Source of the DNA: Candidatus Aminicenantes bacterium
Lineage (GTDB): Bacteria; Acidobacteriota; Aminicenantia; Aminicenantales; CAVYOD01
NCBI GenBank assembly: GCA_963770045.1
Contig: CAVYOD010000029.1
Coordinates: 69,487 to 133,486 of the forward strand
Direction of reading: 5' to 3'
DNA length: 64,000 nt
The notes beneath the pieces were generated by a model. The model made no database searches and had not been told where the DNA came from. It worked only from the letters and a program-made list of their open reading frames with translations. Shown one piece after another: positions 34,301 to 43,282 of the stretch. Each line of letters starts with the position of its first letter. Positions within the stretch are counted from its first letter, which is position 1. The position numbers were made by a program, and so were the translations under genes.

Positions 34301-36365
34301 GAAGAAGTTCGTCGTGCTTATTCATTGCCGAGATGATGCCGAAACTCTCGGCCGGCTGCCGGCGGAGGGAATGCTCGGAATGTTCCTGAGCGCATCGCAG
34401 GAATACTCATCGGTCCAGTTTCGCACACTGGAAATCGACAGAGCTGCCGATCTTCGCGCTGCCTTACGCGGCGCTCTGGACAGAGGATACACCGCGGTGG
34501 AGATGATTCATCGTGATGGAAAGGTTTTCACCTCGGAGGGACATGTGGCTCCCTCGATCTTCAGAAATCTTTCAAGTCTAAATCTTAATCCTGGAGACGT
34601 TGTCGTTATGTCCGGGGGCGCATCCGGTATCAGCGCTCACCTGGCTCGCGGCCTTGCGCCCTTTAGGCCACGCATAGTTTTCCTGGGAAGGACTCCTCTA
34701 GATGCAGCGATCCATTCTGCAAAGACGGCACCGGGGCCGCTGCCTTCTGAGTCGAATGCCATCCGGCCGCAGAGCATCGGAGATTGCTCAGACACTGGCG
34801 GATTTGCACTCATCGGGAATCGAGGCGGCATACTATACCTGCGATGTCACGGACCCCAAGGCGGTTGGCGCTGTTATGGGTGAGGTGGCCAAGCGTTATG
34901 GCAAGATCGACGGAATCATTCACGGCGCCGGGGTCTTAAGGGATGGTTTCCTTGACCAAATGACGCCAGATGACTTCTCAACGGTCGCGGATGTCAAGTT
35001 CCTCGGGGCCGCGAATTTATTTTCGGCGGCAGAGAAGGCGGGCTTGAAGTTTTTTGTGGGCCTGTCCTCGGTGGCCGCAATCCAGGGCAATCCCGGCCAG
35101 ACCAACTACGCGGCGGCCAACCGGATGATGTCTGCGTTCATCAGATACATGGGCCCCAAACATGGGGCCGTGCGGTTCAAGGCTTTGATGCTTCCCCCCA
35201 TCGAGGGGGCCGGCATGGCCGAGGATCCGGAAGTCCGCGAAATGTTGCAAGCGAAAGGGTGTGGGGTACATCCACGTCACATGAGCTTGCCGGGCTTTTC
35301 TGCAGAGAGCTTTTTGTGGCCTCAGCCGACGACGATTGGGTGATGTTTATGAGGAGACTGCCGGCCCTGAAGACGGCGCGGATCAATGGTGCCATCCGTC
35401 CTTTATCCGGTGGGGAACTGGGCGGGGGGGCCGTGGCCTTTAGCTGCGAGACCTTACCCATGATAGAGGGAATCACAAGCCTGGACATGCGTCAGGGGCA
35501 ACTGGAGGCCGTGAGGTCGTTTTCTCTGGAGAAGGACCTTTGGATAGCGGACCACAAGCCTTTCAAGTTCGTCAAGCATCCTCTGGTTTCAGCGGCGATG
35601 GTTCTGGAGACATTCATGGAAGCCGCAAGGGTTATGTATCCTCATCTGCAGGTGCGCGGGGTTCGCCAGATGCGATTTATGGAAATGATACTATGTCCCC
35701 CGGGGATTCCGCGGCCTTGCAGGATATCCTGTCGGCGAGTCGATACTTTGCCTGGAGAGGCGATGTGCGAAGTTTCTCTTTCAGCACAGGAGATGTCTCC
35801 AGCCGGAAGATTGACAGATCGCTTTACGCTGCACGACATAGGCCAGGTCATCCTCGATGGCGGCCAAGGCCATTTAGGGGAGGGGTTCTCTGATTTCCCG
35901 ATCCGGCTGGACGAATTGCAGACGCAGCCCATGGATCATCATAAGGTCCTTCAATGGTACGCAGACGGCTCTGGATTCGAAGGCAGGTACCGTGTGATAG
36001 ACTTTCTTGACGGCGCAGGTCCAAGGGTGGTACGGGGCCAAACCACCTACCGGCAGATGAGTGATTTCGCACATCTGCAAAACGCGCAGTACCAATACTC
36101 ACCTTATCTTTTCGAGGCGCTTATGCAATTGGTTGGCTTCTACATAGCCGCAATGGCCCCAACGCAGCGACAGGCCATGATTCCCGTAGAGGTTGGCGAG
36201 ATGAGATTTTTGCGAAAATGCCGAGAGGGAGAACAGATAACCCTGGAGGCTCGAATGCGGATGGAGGATGAGAAAGGCTTCATCTGGGACGCCAGAGGCA
36301 TTGACGATCAAGGCCGCACCATCATGCAGGTTTATGGTATGCGAATGCAAAAAGTTTCGGAGTAA
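28391..36365 (+). CDS. Iterative type I PKS / PUFA-synthase-like megasynthase: ER-like x2-KS-MAT-ACP x2-KR-DH (probably one gene; frame breaks ~28725, 30450, 31500, 34750, 35270)
   Basis: TIM-barrel ER motifs KGCEASG and IQGAM...EGYEAGGH...AGGI...QMGT; KS SAACATS/ECHATST/KSQIGH; MAT FPGQG/GHSLGE/AFHS; two ACPs; KR GGASGI/HGAGVLRD/YAAAN; DH WIADH. Confidence 0.85.
33201..33852 (+). repeat. Near-identical tandem duplication of the ACP domain (336-bp period)
   Basis: 33201-33516 and 33537-33852 differ only by scattered substitutions. Confidence 0.95.
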
Positions 36366-36383
36366 AGCGTTAGCTCGGAAAAA

Positions 36384-37130
36384 ATGAGAGCGGATGTGAT
36401 AAAGGATTGCCAGGAAATAACCGTCAAAGCCGTAAGTTTCCCTCATCAAAGAGGAACCGTCTTATATGCGTGCTCGCCATCTGACACCGAGACTATCGCA
36501 GGTCACAGAGCAAGCCGGACGGCAGATAAGATTCATTTGGTATCTATTCTGCGGGAGCATCTTGTGGGGATGGAAGGTTCTCCCTGGACAGACTGTCATT
36601 TCTCCAATAGAGCGGATTTACCAATTCAGGTGGTCCACGACCCGCTTGGCAGGCCGCAACTCCTACTGGGAGAATGTGAGGGGCCGGCCATTTCTTTTAG
36701 CGAGGGCGGCGGAAAAATATGGGCCGCTCTCTGCGGAGATACGTCAGATATCGGTATCGATGCGGCAGGGACAGATGAATTCCCAAAAGAGTATCCTTTT
36801 CACCGGGTCTTCCATGGACAAGAGCTTCAACATGCCTTGAGGTTGACAAGCGGAGATTTGGAAAAAGCATCCGCCCTGCTCTGGTCTATCAAGGAAGCTG
36901 CTGTCAAGGCATTGGGATGCGCATTCCATCTTGTGGATCCGCGGCAAATCTGCGTCTATCAATCGGCTGCAGGAAAGGACGGCTGGCATCTCTTTAGAGT
37001 GTGCTTATCAGGAAAGGCACTGGTGCGGTTTCCCATGATGGCCAGCCGATTCATATTGGTGCGTTCGCTTTTCCAAGAGAAGATGTGGCTTTCCATCGCC
37101 CTGTTGAATTGGCAACTGATCAGGACCTAA
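36384..37130 (+). CDS. 4'-phosphopantetheinyl transferase
   Basis: DPLGRP, IGID and LWSIKEAAVKALG motifs; directly downstream of the PKS. Confidence 0.85.
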   Translation: MRADVIKDCQEITVKAVSFPHQRGTVLYACSPSDTETIAGHRASRTADKIHLVSILREHLVGMEGSPWTDCHFSNRADLPIQVVHDPLGRPQLLLGECEGPAISFSEGGGKIWAALCGDTSDIGIDAAGTDEFPKEYPFHRVFHGQELQHALRLTSGDLEKASALLWSIKEAAVKALGCAFHLVDPRQICVYQSAAGKDGWHLFRVCLSGKALVRFPMMASRFILVRSLFQEKMWLSIALLNWQLIRT

Positions 37131-37221
37131 AGGCCATGAATAACCTTAGCTGCAATTGCGTGCCGCGCTTAGACGGAGTGTCGGCCTAGGAACTTGGATG
37201 GCTTTTCCCCAGACCCTTCTA

Positions 37222-37366
37222 TCACCGCCCCAAAAACGCACTCAGGTATTGGTTTCGGGCTCGCATGTCCATTCTCCCATTATAACCATCCTCCTCCTCA
37301 GCTTCGGTTACCTTTTTCGTGATTGAATCGATCCTCGCTCGGTTACATATTAGCTGATTCAATGCG
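37222..37366 (-). mobile_element. Probable IS end plus truncated transposase start (remnant)
   Basis: Two direct repeats TCGGTTAC-N8-TGATTSAAT (37304-28, 37339-63), followed on the minus strand by GAGGAGGAGG and a short MDMRARNQYL reading frame. Confidence 0.4.
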
Positions 37367-37572
37367 GGTTCTTGACTAGGCCCCGCAGCCGATGATATCA
37401 TTATTGAATAACGAGAAGCAGCAGATCCAACGCTTATGTCCGGCGGATGCGCGCGGCTCGAAAAAGGAGATTTCTTTCCTTAAATTGTCTGCCGGCCAAT
37501 GTCACTCGCGACGGCCGACGCGCCTGGAAGGTACCGGAGAGATCCTTTCAAGTTTATTACGGGAGGTAGAAA

Positions 37573-37737
37573 ATGGGCGAGGTCATCGACAAGACTAAAG
37601 GCAAGATCAAGCAAGCGGTAGGGGACTTGACCGGCAACAAGAAGCTCAAGCGAGAGGGCGAAAGGGATGAACTCAAAGGCCGAGTCAAGGGCGTGGTCAA
37701 GGATGTGAAGCGCGCGGTCAAAGATGCCGTGAAGTAA
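37573..37737 (+). CDS. CsbD family stress protein (54 aa)
   Basis: MGEVIDKTKGKIKQAVGDLTGNKKLKREGERDELKG...; GGAGG RBS; below the ORF-track cutoff. Confidence 0.9.
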   Translation: MGEVIDKTKGKIKQAVGDLTGNKKLKREGERDELKGRVKGVVKDVKRAVKDAVK

Positions 37738-37808
37738 CAATGACCACGGGGTCCGGAAGAATCCGAAACTGATACGGATATTCGACAGAGTAAAGGGAGG
37801 AAACCACC

Positions 37809-37898
37809 ATGAGCACTACAACACTCATCATCATCATCATCGTGGCGGTCCTCTTATTCGGCGGGGGCGGCGGTTACTATTGGAGGAGACGACGGTAG
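37809..37898 (+). CDS. Small single-pass membrane peptide (29 aa)
   Basis: MSTTTLIIIIIVAVLLFGGGGGYYWRRRR with AAGGGAGG RBS. Confidence 0.75.
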   Translation: MSTTTLIIIIIVAVLLFGGGGGYYWRRRR

Positions 37899-37909
37899 GT
37901 GCTCTTGGC

Positions 37910-37954
37910 CCCGCGCCGGGCGCGCACTCGTAGACGAAGGGCGCGGGTTTTTTT
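37910..37954 (+). terminator. Probable intrinsic terminator
   Basis: CCCGCGCC/GGCGCGGG stem followed by T7; the loop is rather large. Confidence 0.5.
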
Positions 37955-37994
37955 CGATGTCATGAGGACTCCCCGTCCACTCGTGACGGCGGTT

Positions 37995-38348
37995 CTAGCG
38001 AATAGCCGGCATTGGGCCGTGGCGGATCGTCACCAGCACTGGAGACTTCAGAACGAACGTCAGGTAGGCCTGACCCTCAGCCTCACGGTCAAACGCTGCC
38101 GGAAACTCCAGCAGAACAGCCTGGCCATAAGAGATAACACCCGGAACGACGGCTAAGTCCACGCAACGATCGAGCATGAGAGGATGAATGTTCAGGGGCG
38201 CCAAAAATCTCCGCAGTTCCTCTGGTTCCGCGTCTTCAATATCAAACCAACTCTCGCCGAGTTGGCCCGGTTCCCCCGCTGGCAAACCTGATGGGGCCGG
38301 TTGCTTCTGCAGCTTCCCCGAACTGAGCAAGTACCAGTTGATTCTCAC
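37995..38348 (-). pseudogene. CorA-family Mg/Co transporter N-terminal fragment
   Basis: WFDIE..EPEEL...LNIHPL.L and VLVTIRH resemble the CorA cytoplasmic domain; no GMN/TM region follows. Confidence 0.55.
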
Positions 38349-38662
38349 CTTAAGGCCCTCCGGACCTCCCAGGCACCCTTCACGAAAGAAGGATATTCCC
38401 TGATGCCGATCGATGTCAAGAACGGCCCCCCGATATTATGCCACATCTCAATTGTCGCATTTGTCTCCCCAATCTACATACTTTTTGCTGGCGAGGCTAA
38501 AAATAACAAGAAACAGCATAAGAATCAAATACTGAGAAGCAGACCTCTCCATTTGGACAAATTGAGGACAAAATCGCTAAAAATGGCACAGTTTACGTGA
38601 CTCAGGCTAAAAGCAAAAATCAAGGAATCTGTTTAATGACCAGGGAAAAATTGAAAAAGAGG

Positions 38663-38739
<77 letters not shown>

Positions 38740-38750
38740 GTACCAAAACC

Positions 38751-38778
38751 ATTATACCAAATCCGGGTCAATTGTCAA
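38751..38778 (-). promoter_or_regulatory. tRNA promoter
   Basis: TTGACA-16 nt-TATAAT with extended -10 TG. Confidence 0.8.
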
Positions 38779-38894
38779 AAATAAAATTTCTCCTCCGGCT
38801 CGGTGTTGCCGACCAGGGCCGATTTCATGCTGTTTGGAAAAGTCCGGGATCTCTGTTTGCGAGTCCAAAAAAATCCGACCAGGATAACGGATCA

Positions 38895-38922
38895 CTGCTC
38901 AGTGCTCACGGCTCACCGCTCA
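38895..38922. repeat. Heptamer tandem repeat (NNGCTCA)x4
   Basis: CTGCTCA GTGCTCA CGGCTCA CCGCTCA. Confidence 0.65.
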
Positions 38923-38945
38923 CCCCGAGATTGGAGAGAATCTTC

Positions 38946-38975
38946 TTGACATTGCCGGAACACAATAAATATAAT
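38946..38975 (+). promoter_or_regulatory. nuoJKLMN promoter
   Basis: TTGACA-18 nt-TATAAT, both hexamers perfect consensus. Confidence 0.75.
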
Positions 38976-38990
38976 GAAAAACCTAAAAAA

Positions 38991-39488
38991 ATGGGCCTAT
39001 TCCTTTTTATTCTCCTAGCTCTTATTTCTGTCGGCTCAGTCTTGGCCATGATCGTCACCAAAAACCAAGCTTATAATGCTCTCTTCCTCGTCCTGGCGTT
39101 TGCGTCTCTGGGTGGTCTTTTTGGCCTGCTCAATGCTCCGTTCATCGCCGTTGTCCAGATCATTATCTATGCCGGAGCGATCATGGTCCTGTTTATTTTC
39201 GCCATCATGATGATCAACCTCCGGGAAGGCTTTCCTCCCGAGAAAAAAAAGAGTATTTTGTATGTATCGCTGGCCTTGGGTCTCGTCTTTCTTATCGAGA
39301 TCATCCTGGCCGCCTCGGGCCGGCTCTCTTCCTTGGCTGGGGCCGAAGTCACCGAAACCGGCAATCCCGTTGACCTCGGACGGCTCCTTTTCACTAAGTA
39401 TCTTTATCCATTCGAGATCACCTCGATCTTGATCATCGCCGCTCTAGTGGGGGCACTGGTCCTGCTCAAGAAGAAGGAAAAAGAATGA
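38991..39488 (+). CDS. nuoJ: NADH-quinone oxidoreductase subunit J
   Basis: LLNAPFIAVVQIIIYAGAIMVLF and LFTKYLYPFEITSILII.A.VGA. Confidence 0.92.
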   Translation: MGLFLFILLALISVGSVLAMIVTKNQAYNALFLVLAFASLGGLFGLLNAPFIAVVQIIIYAGAIMVLFIFAIMMINLREGFPPEKKKSILYVSLALGLVFLIEIILAASGRLSSLAGAEVTETGNPVDLGRLLFTKYLYPFEITSILIIAALVGALVLLKKKEKE

Positions 39489-39788
39489 TCCCGGCGAGCT
39501 ATTTTTTCATCCTGAGCGTCGTCCTTTTTGTCCTGGGAATCATCGCCTTTTTCTCCAAGCGCGACCTTCTAACGATGTTCATGTCGGTCGAGGTCATGCT
39601 CAACGCGGCCAACCTGGCTTTTATTTCTCTGGCCAAGGCCAGCCGGTCGGCTGGACGGCCAGCTCATCGTCTTTTTTGTCATCACCGTCGCCGCCGCCGA
39701 AGCCGTGATCGGTCTGGCCATCATCATCCTGATCTACCGGCAGAAAAAGACGATCAGGACCGAAGACATCAACCTGATGAAAGGATGA
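39485..39788 (+). CDS. nuoK: NADH-quinone oxidoreductase subunit K (frameshift ~39650)
   Basis: MSVEVMLNAANL, then GQLIVFFVITVAAAEAVIGLAII in a shifted frame. Confidence 0.9.
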
Positions 39789-39789
39789 C

Positions 39790-41691
39790 ATGACGCAGAT
39801 CTTCTGGCTCATTCCCTTCGTGCCGGCGCTGAGCACCCTCATCCTGGCCGTCTTCGGGAGGAAGCTGCCCAAGAAATACGTTTCCTACCAGGCCTGTTCG
39901 GCCATTTTCATATCGTTTATCATCTCGGTCATTTCCTTCATCGGTCTTCTGCAGGCGGGCACGGCCAATTATCCGCTGTTCAAGAGCCTTTTCTCGTGGA
40001 TTCGCGCCGGGGCTTTTGGAGCCGACCTGTCCTTCCAGTTTGACCCCCTCTCCGCTGTCATGGTCCTGGTGGTCACGGGTGTCGGATTCCTGATCCACGT
40101 CTATTCGGTCGGCTACATGGCCGAGGACAGAGGTTACGCGCGCTATTTCACCTACCTCAACCTCTTCACCTTCTCCATGCTCATCCTGGTGCTGGCCTCT
40201 AACATGGTCCTGATGTTTGTCGGCTGGGAGGGCGTCGGGCTTTGTTCGTATCTTCTGATCGGTTTCTGGTTTGAAAAACACTCGGCGGCCAATGCCGGGA
40301 AAAAGGCCTTTATCGTTAACCGGATCGGAGACGCCGGGTTCATTCTCGGGCTGTTATTCACTTTTATCGTCGTCGGCAGCGTCGAGTTTCGGGCGATCAA
40401 CGACGCCGTCGGACATGGGATGATCGGCCCGGGCATGGCCACCCTGATCGCGCTCCTCCTCTTTGTCGGGGCCACCGGAAAATCCGCCCAGATCCCTCTC
40501 TATGTCTGGCTTCCGGATGCGATGGAGGGCCCGACCCCGGTGAGCGCCCTCATCCACGCCGCCACAATGGTGACGGCCGGTGTCTATATGGTTTCGCGGA
40601 TGAGCCATCTCTATACGCTCTCCGGCACGGCCCCCCAGGTCGTGGCCATCGTCGGCGCCCTGACCGCGATCTATGCGGCCACCATGGCGCTGGTCCAGAA
40701 CGACATCAAGCGGGTGCTCGCCTATTCGACGATCTCCCAAATCGGCTATATGTTCATCGGCTGCGGGGTGGGCGCTTATGCCGCGGGCATGTTCCATCTC
40801 TACACCCATGCCTTTTTCAAGAGCCTCCTGTTCCTGGCGGCTGGGAGCGTCATGCACGCCCTTTCCGGCGAACAGGATATGCGCAAGATGGGAGGATTGC
40901 GCAAGTACCTGCCGCGGACCTTTCCGCCTTTTCTCATCGGAGCCATCGCCATCTCCGGGGTTCCCTTTTTCTCCGGCTTTTTCTCCAAGGACGCCATTCT
41001 GACCCGGTCCTTCGCCGAAGGCCAGTATTTCGTCTGGGCGCTTGGCCTCATGGGCGCGGTGCTCACCGCCTTTTATATGTTCCGTCTGATCTTCCTCACC
41101 TTCTTCGGCGAGGAGCGGATGGACGACCATGCCCGGGAACATCTCCATGAATCCCCCAAGGTGATGACGGTGCCGCTGGCCATCCTCGCTTTCTTCTCTG
41201 TCGTGGCCGGATACATCGGCCTGCCCGTCGTCCTCGGAGAGAGGGCGGACTGGTTCCACCGGTTCTTGGAGCCTGTCATCAAGCCCTCGCAGTTGCACCA
41301 TGTCGCGGCGGGGACAGAATGGCTTCTGATCCTGACTTCTGTCGCGGTCGCCCTTTTCGGAATATACATCGCCTACATTTTCTATCAGCAGAAACCCCAA
41401 ACGCCTCATGCTCTGGTGAGACGTTTTCCATGGCTGTATAAGCTCCTCTATAATAAATATTATGTCGACGAGATCTACAACGCCGTGTTTGTCAACCCCA
41501 TGATCAAGGGCTCCTCAGCGATCTATGATCACTTCGACCTCAAGGTGATCGACGGTGCCGTGAACGGCTCGGCTTCGGTCACGGGCTGGACCGGGAAGGT
41601 CTTGAGCTATTTACAAACCGGCTTCATCAAAGACTATGCCCTCGTCTTCTTCTTGGGAGTGGTCATTTTTATAGGCTGTTTGTTGTTTTAG
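39790..41691 (+). CDS. nuoL: NADH-quinone oxidoreductase subunit L
   Basis: GWEGVGLCSYLLIGFW, KAFIVNRIGD, GKSAQIPL..WLPDAMEGPTPVSALIHAATMV and HAFFK. Confidence 0.95.
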   Translation: MTQIFWLIPFVPALSTLILAVFGRKLPKKYVSYQACSAIFISFIISVISFIGLLQAGTANYPLFKSLFSWIRAGAFGADLSFQFDPLSAVMVLVVTGVGFLIHVYSVGYMAEDRGYARYFTYLNLFTFSMLILVLASNMVLMFVGWEGVGLCSYLLIGFWFEKHSAANAGKKAFIVNRIGDAGFILGLLFTFIVVGSVEFRAINDAVGHGMIGPGMATLIALLLFVGATGKSAQIPLYVWLPDAMEGPTPVSALIHAATMVTAGVYMVSRMSHLYTLSGTAPQVVAIVGALTAIYAATMALVQNDIKRVLAYSTISQIGYMFIGCGVGAYAAGMFHLYTHAFFKSLLFLAAGSVMHALSGEQDMRKMGGLRKYLPRTFPPFLIGAIAISGVPFFSGFFSKDAILTRSFAEGQYFVWALGLMGAVLTAFYMFRLIFLTFFGEERMDDHAREHLHESPKVMTVPLAILAFFSVVAGYIGLPVVLGERADWFHRFLEPVIKPSQLHHVAAGTEWLLILTSVAVALFGIYIAYIFYQQKPQTPHALVRRFPWLYKLLYNKYYVDEIYNAVFVNPMIKGSSAIYDHFDLKVIDGAVNGSASVTGWTGKVLSYLQTGFIKDYALVFFLGVVIFIGCLLF

Positions 41692-41694
41692 AAC

Positions 41695-43282
41695 ATGAGT
41701 TTTCCAATATTGAGCTTTCTGACGTTCTTCCCGCTGCTGGGTGCGCTCCTCTTGATCTTTGTCAATAAAGAAAAGAAGAACGGCCTCCGGGCGATCGCTC
41801 TGGCCGTGACGTTGATCAATTTCGCCGTCTCGTTGGCGCTCTATTTCAATTTCAACGGCCAGACTCCCGACCCCCAGTTCGTGGAAAAAGGCGCCTGGCT
41901 CGGCTACGGCATCAATTATCATCTCGGGATCGACGGGATCAGCCTCTTCCTGGTTATCCTGACGACTTTTCTGATGCCCATCGCCCTTCTCTCCTCCTGG
42001 ACTTCCATCCAGGATAGGATCAAAGAGTACCTTATCTTCATGCTCCTCCTGGAGACCGGGATCATCGGTGTCTTTGTCTCCCTCAACCTTTTCCTCTTCT
42101 ATGTCTTCTGGGAGGCGATGCTCATCCCGATGTATTTTCTGATCGGCGTCTGGGGAGGACCGCGCAAGATCTATGCGACGATCAAGTTCGTATTGTTCAC
42201 GATGACGGGCAGCCTGCTCATGCTCGTGGCCATCTTTTTCCTCTATTCGCTCTATTACAAAGCCACGGGCGTCTATTCGCTCGAGCTCTTTGATTATTAT
42301 AAAGTCATCCTCAATCCTCAGGTCCAGACGCTGGCTCTTCCTGGCCTTTTCGCTCGCCTTCGCCATCAAGGTGCCGATGTTCCCCTTCCACACCTGGTTG
42401 CCCGATGCCCACGTCGAAGCCCCCACGGCCGGATCGGTCATCCTGGCCGCCGTGCTCCTGAAGATGGGAACCTACGGCTTTCTCCGGTTTGCCATGCCCC
42501 TCTTTCCGGACGCCCTGGAGAAATTCCTTCCGGTGCTGAGCGTCCTGGCTCTTATCGGGATCATCTATGGCGGGCTGATGGCCTTGATCCAGAAAGATAT
42601 CAAATCGCTCGTCGCCTATTCCAGCGTCAGCCATATGGGACTGATCATGCTGGCTGTCTTTTCTTTGACGATCGAAGGAACGCAGGGCGCCATCTACCAG
42701 ATGCTTAACCACGGGATGAGCACCGGGGCGCTGTTTTTGATCGTCGGCATCCTCTACGAGCGTTCGCACACGCGTCTGATCAAGGACTACGGAGGCGTGG
42801 CCCGCCAGATGCCGGTCTTCACGGCGTTCTTCCTGATCTGCATGCTCTCGTCCGTAGGACTCCCCGGGCTCAACGGCTTTGTCGGGGAGATCCTTTGTTT
42901 CTTCGGAATTTTCAAGGCCAGCCGGCTCCTCTCGATTCTGAGCATTTCGACGATCATCCTGGCCGCCGCCTATCTTCTCTGGATGTACCAGAGGGTCATG
43001 CACGGCCCCATCACCAACCAGAAAATTCTCTCTTTCAAAGATATCAACAAGAGGGAGATCGGCTACCTGGTGCCGATCATCATCCTGATGTTCTGGATGG
43101 GCATCTATCCCCAGACGTTTCTCCGGAAGATGGATGCCTCGGTGTCCAATCTAGTCAACCGCATCCAGCAAAGAGAAAAAGTCTTCATTCGATCCCAGAA
43201 AGTGGATCAGACGCTCTCCCAGCCGGTCTCCAGCCTTCAGCCCTCGAAGACCGATAAGTCGGGGAAAGACAGAGTCCGATGA
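41695..43282 (+). CDS. nuoM: NADH-quinone oxidoreductase subunit M (frameshift ~42325)
   Basis: [34 protein letters not shown] and [11 protein letters not shown]. Confidence 0.93.

Noticed and set aside
28391-36365. Programmed frameshifting or pseudogenisation of the PKS
   Set aside because: Housekeeping genes show similar breaks and no consistent slippery sites are visible; sequencing error is more parsimonious.
38349-38654. Integrase remnant next to the tRNA
   Set aside because: AT-rich sequence with no recognisable recombinase motifs.
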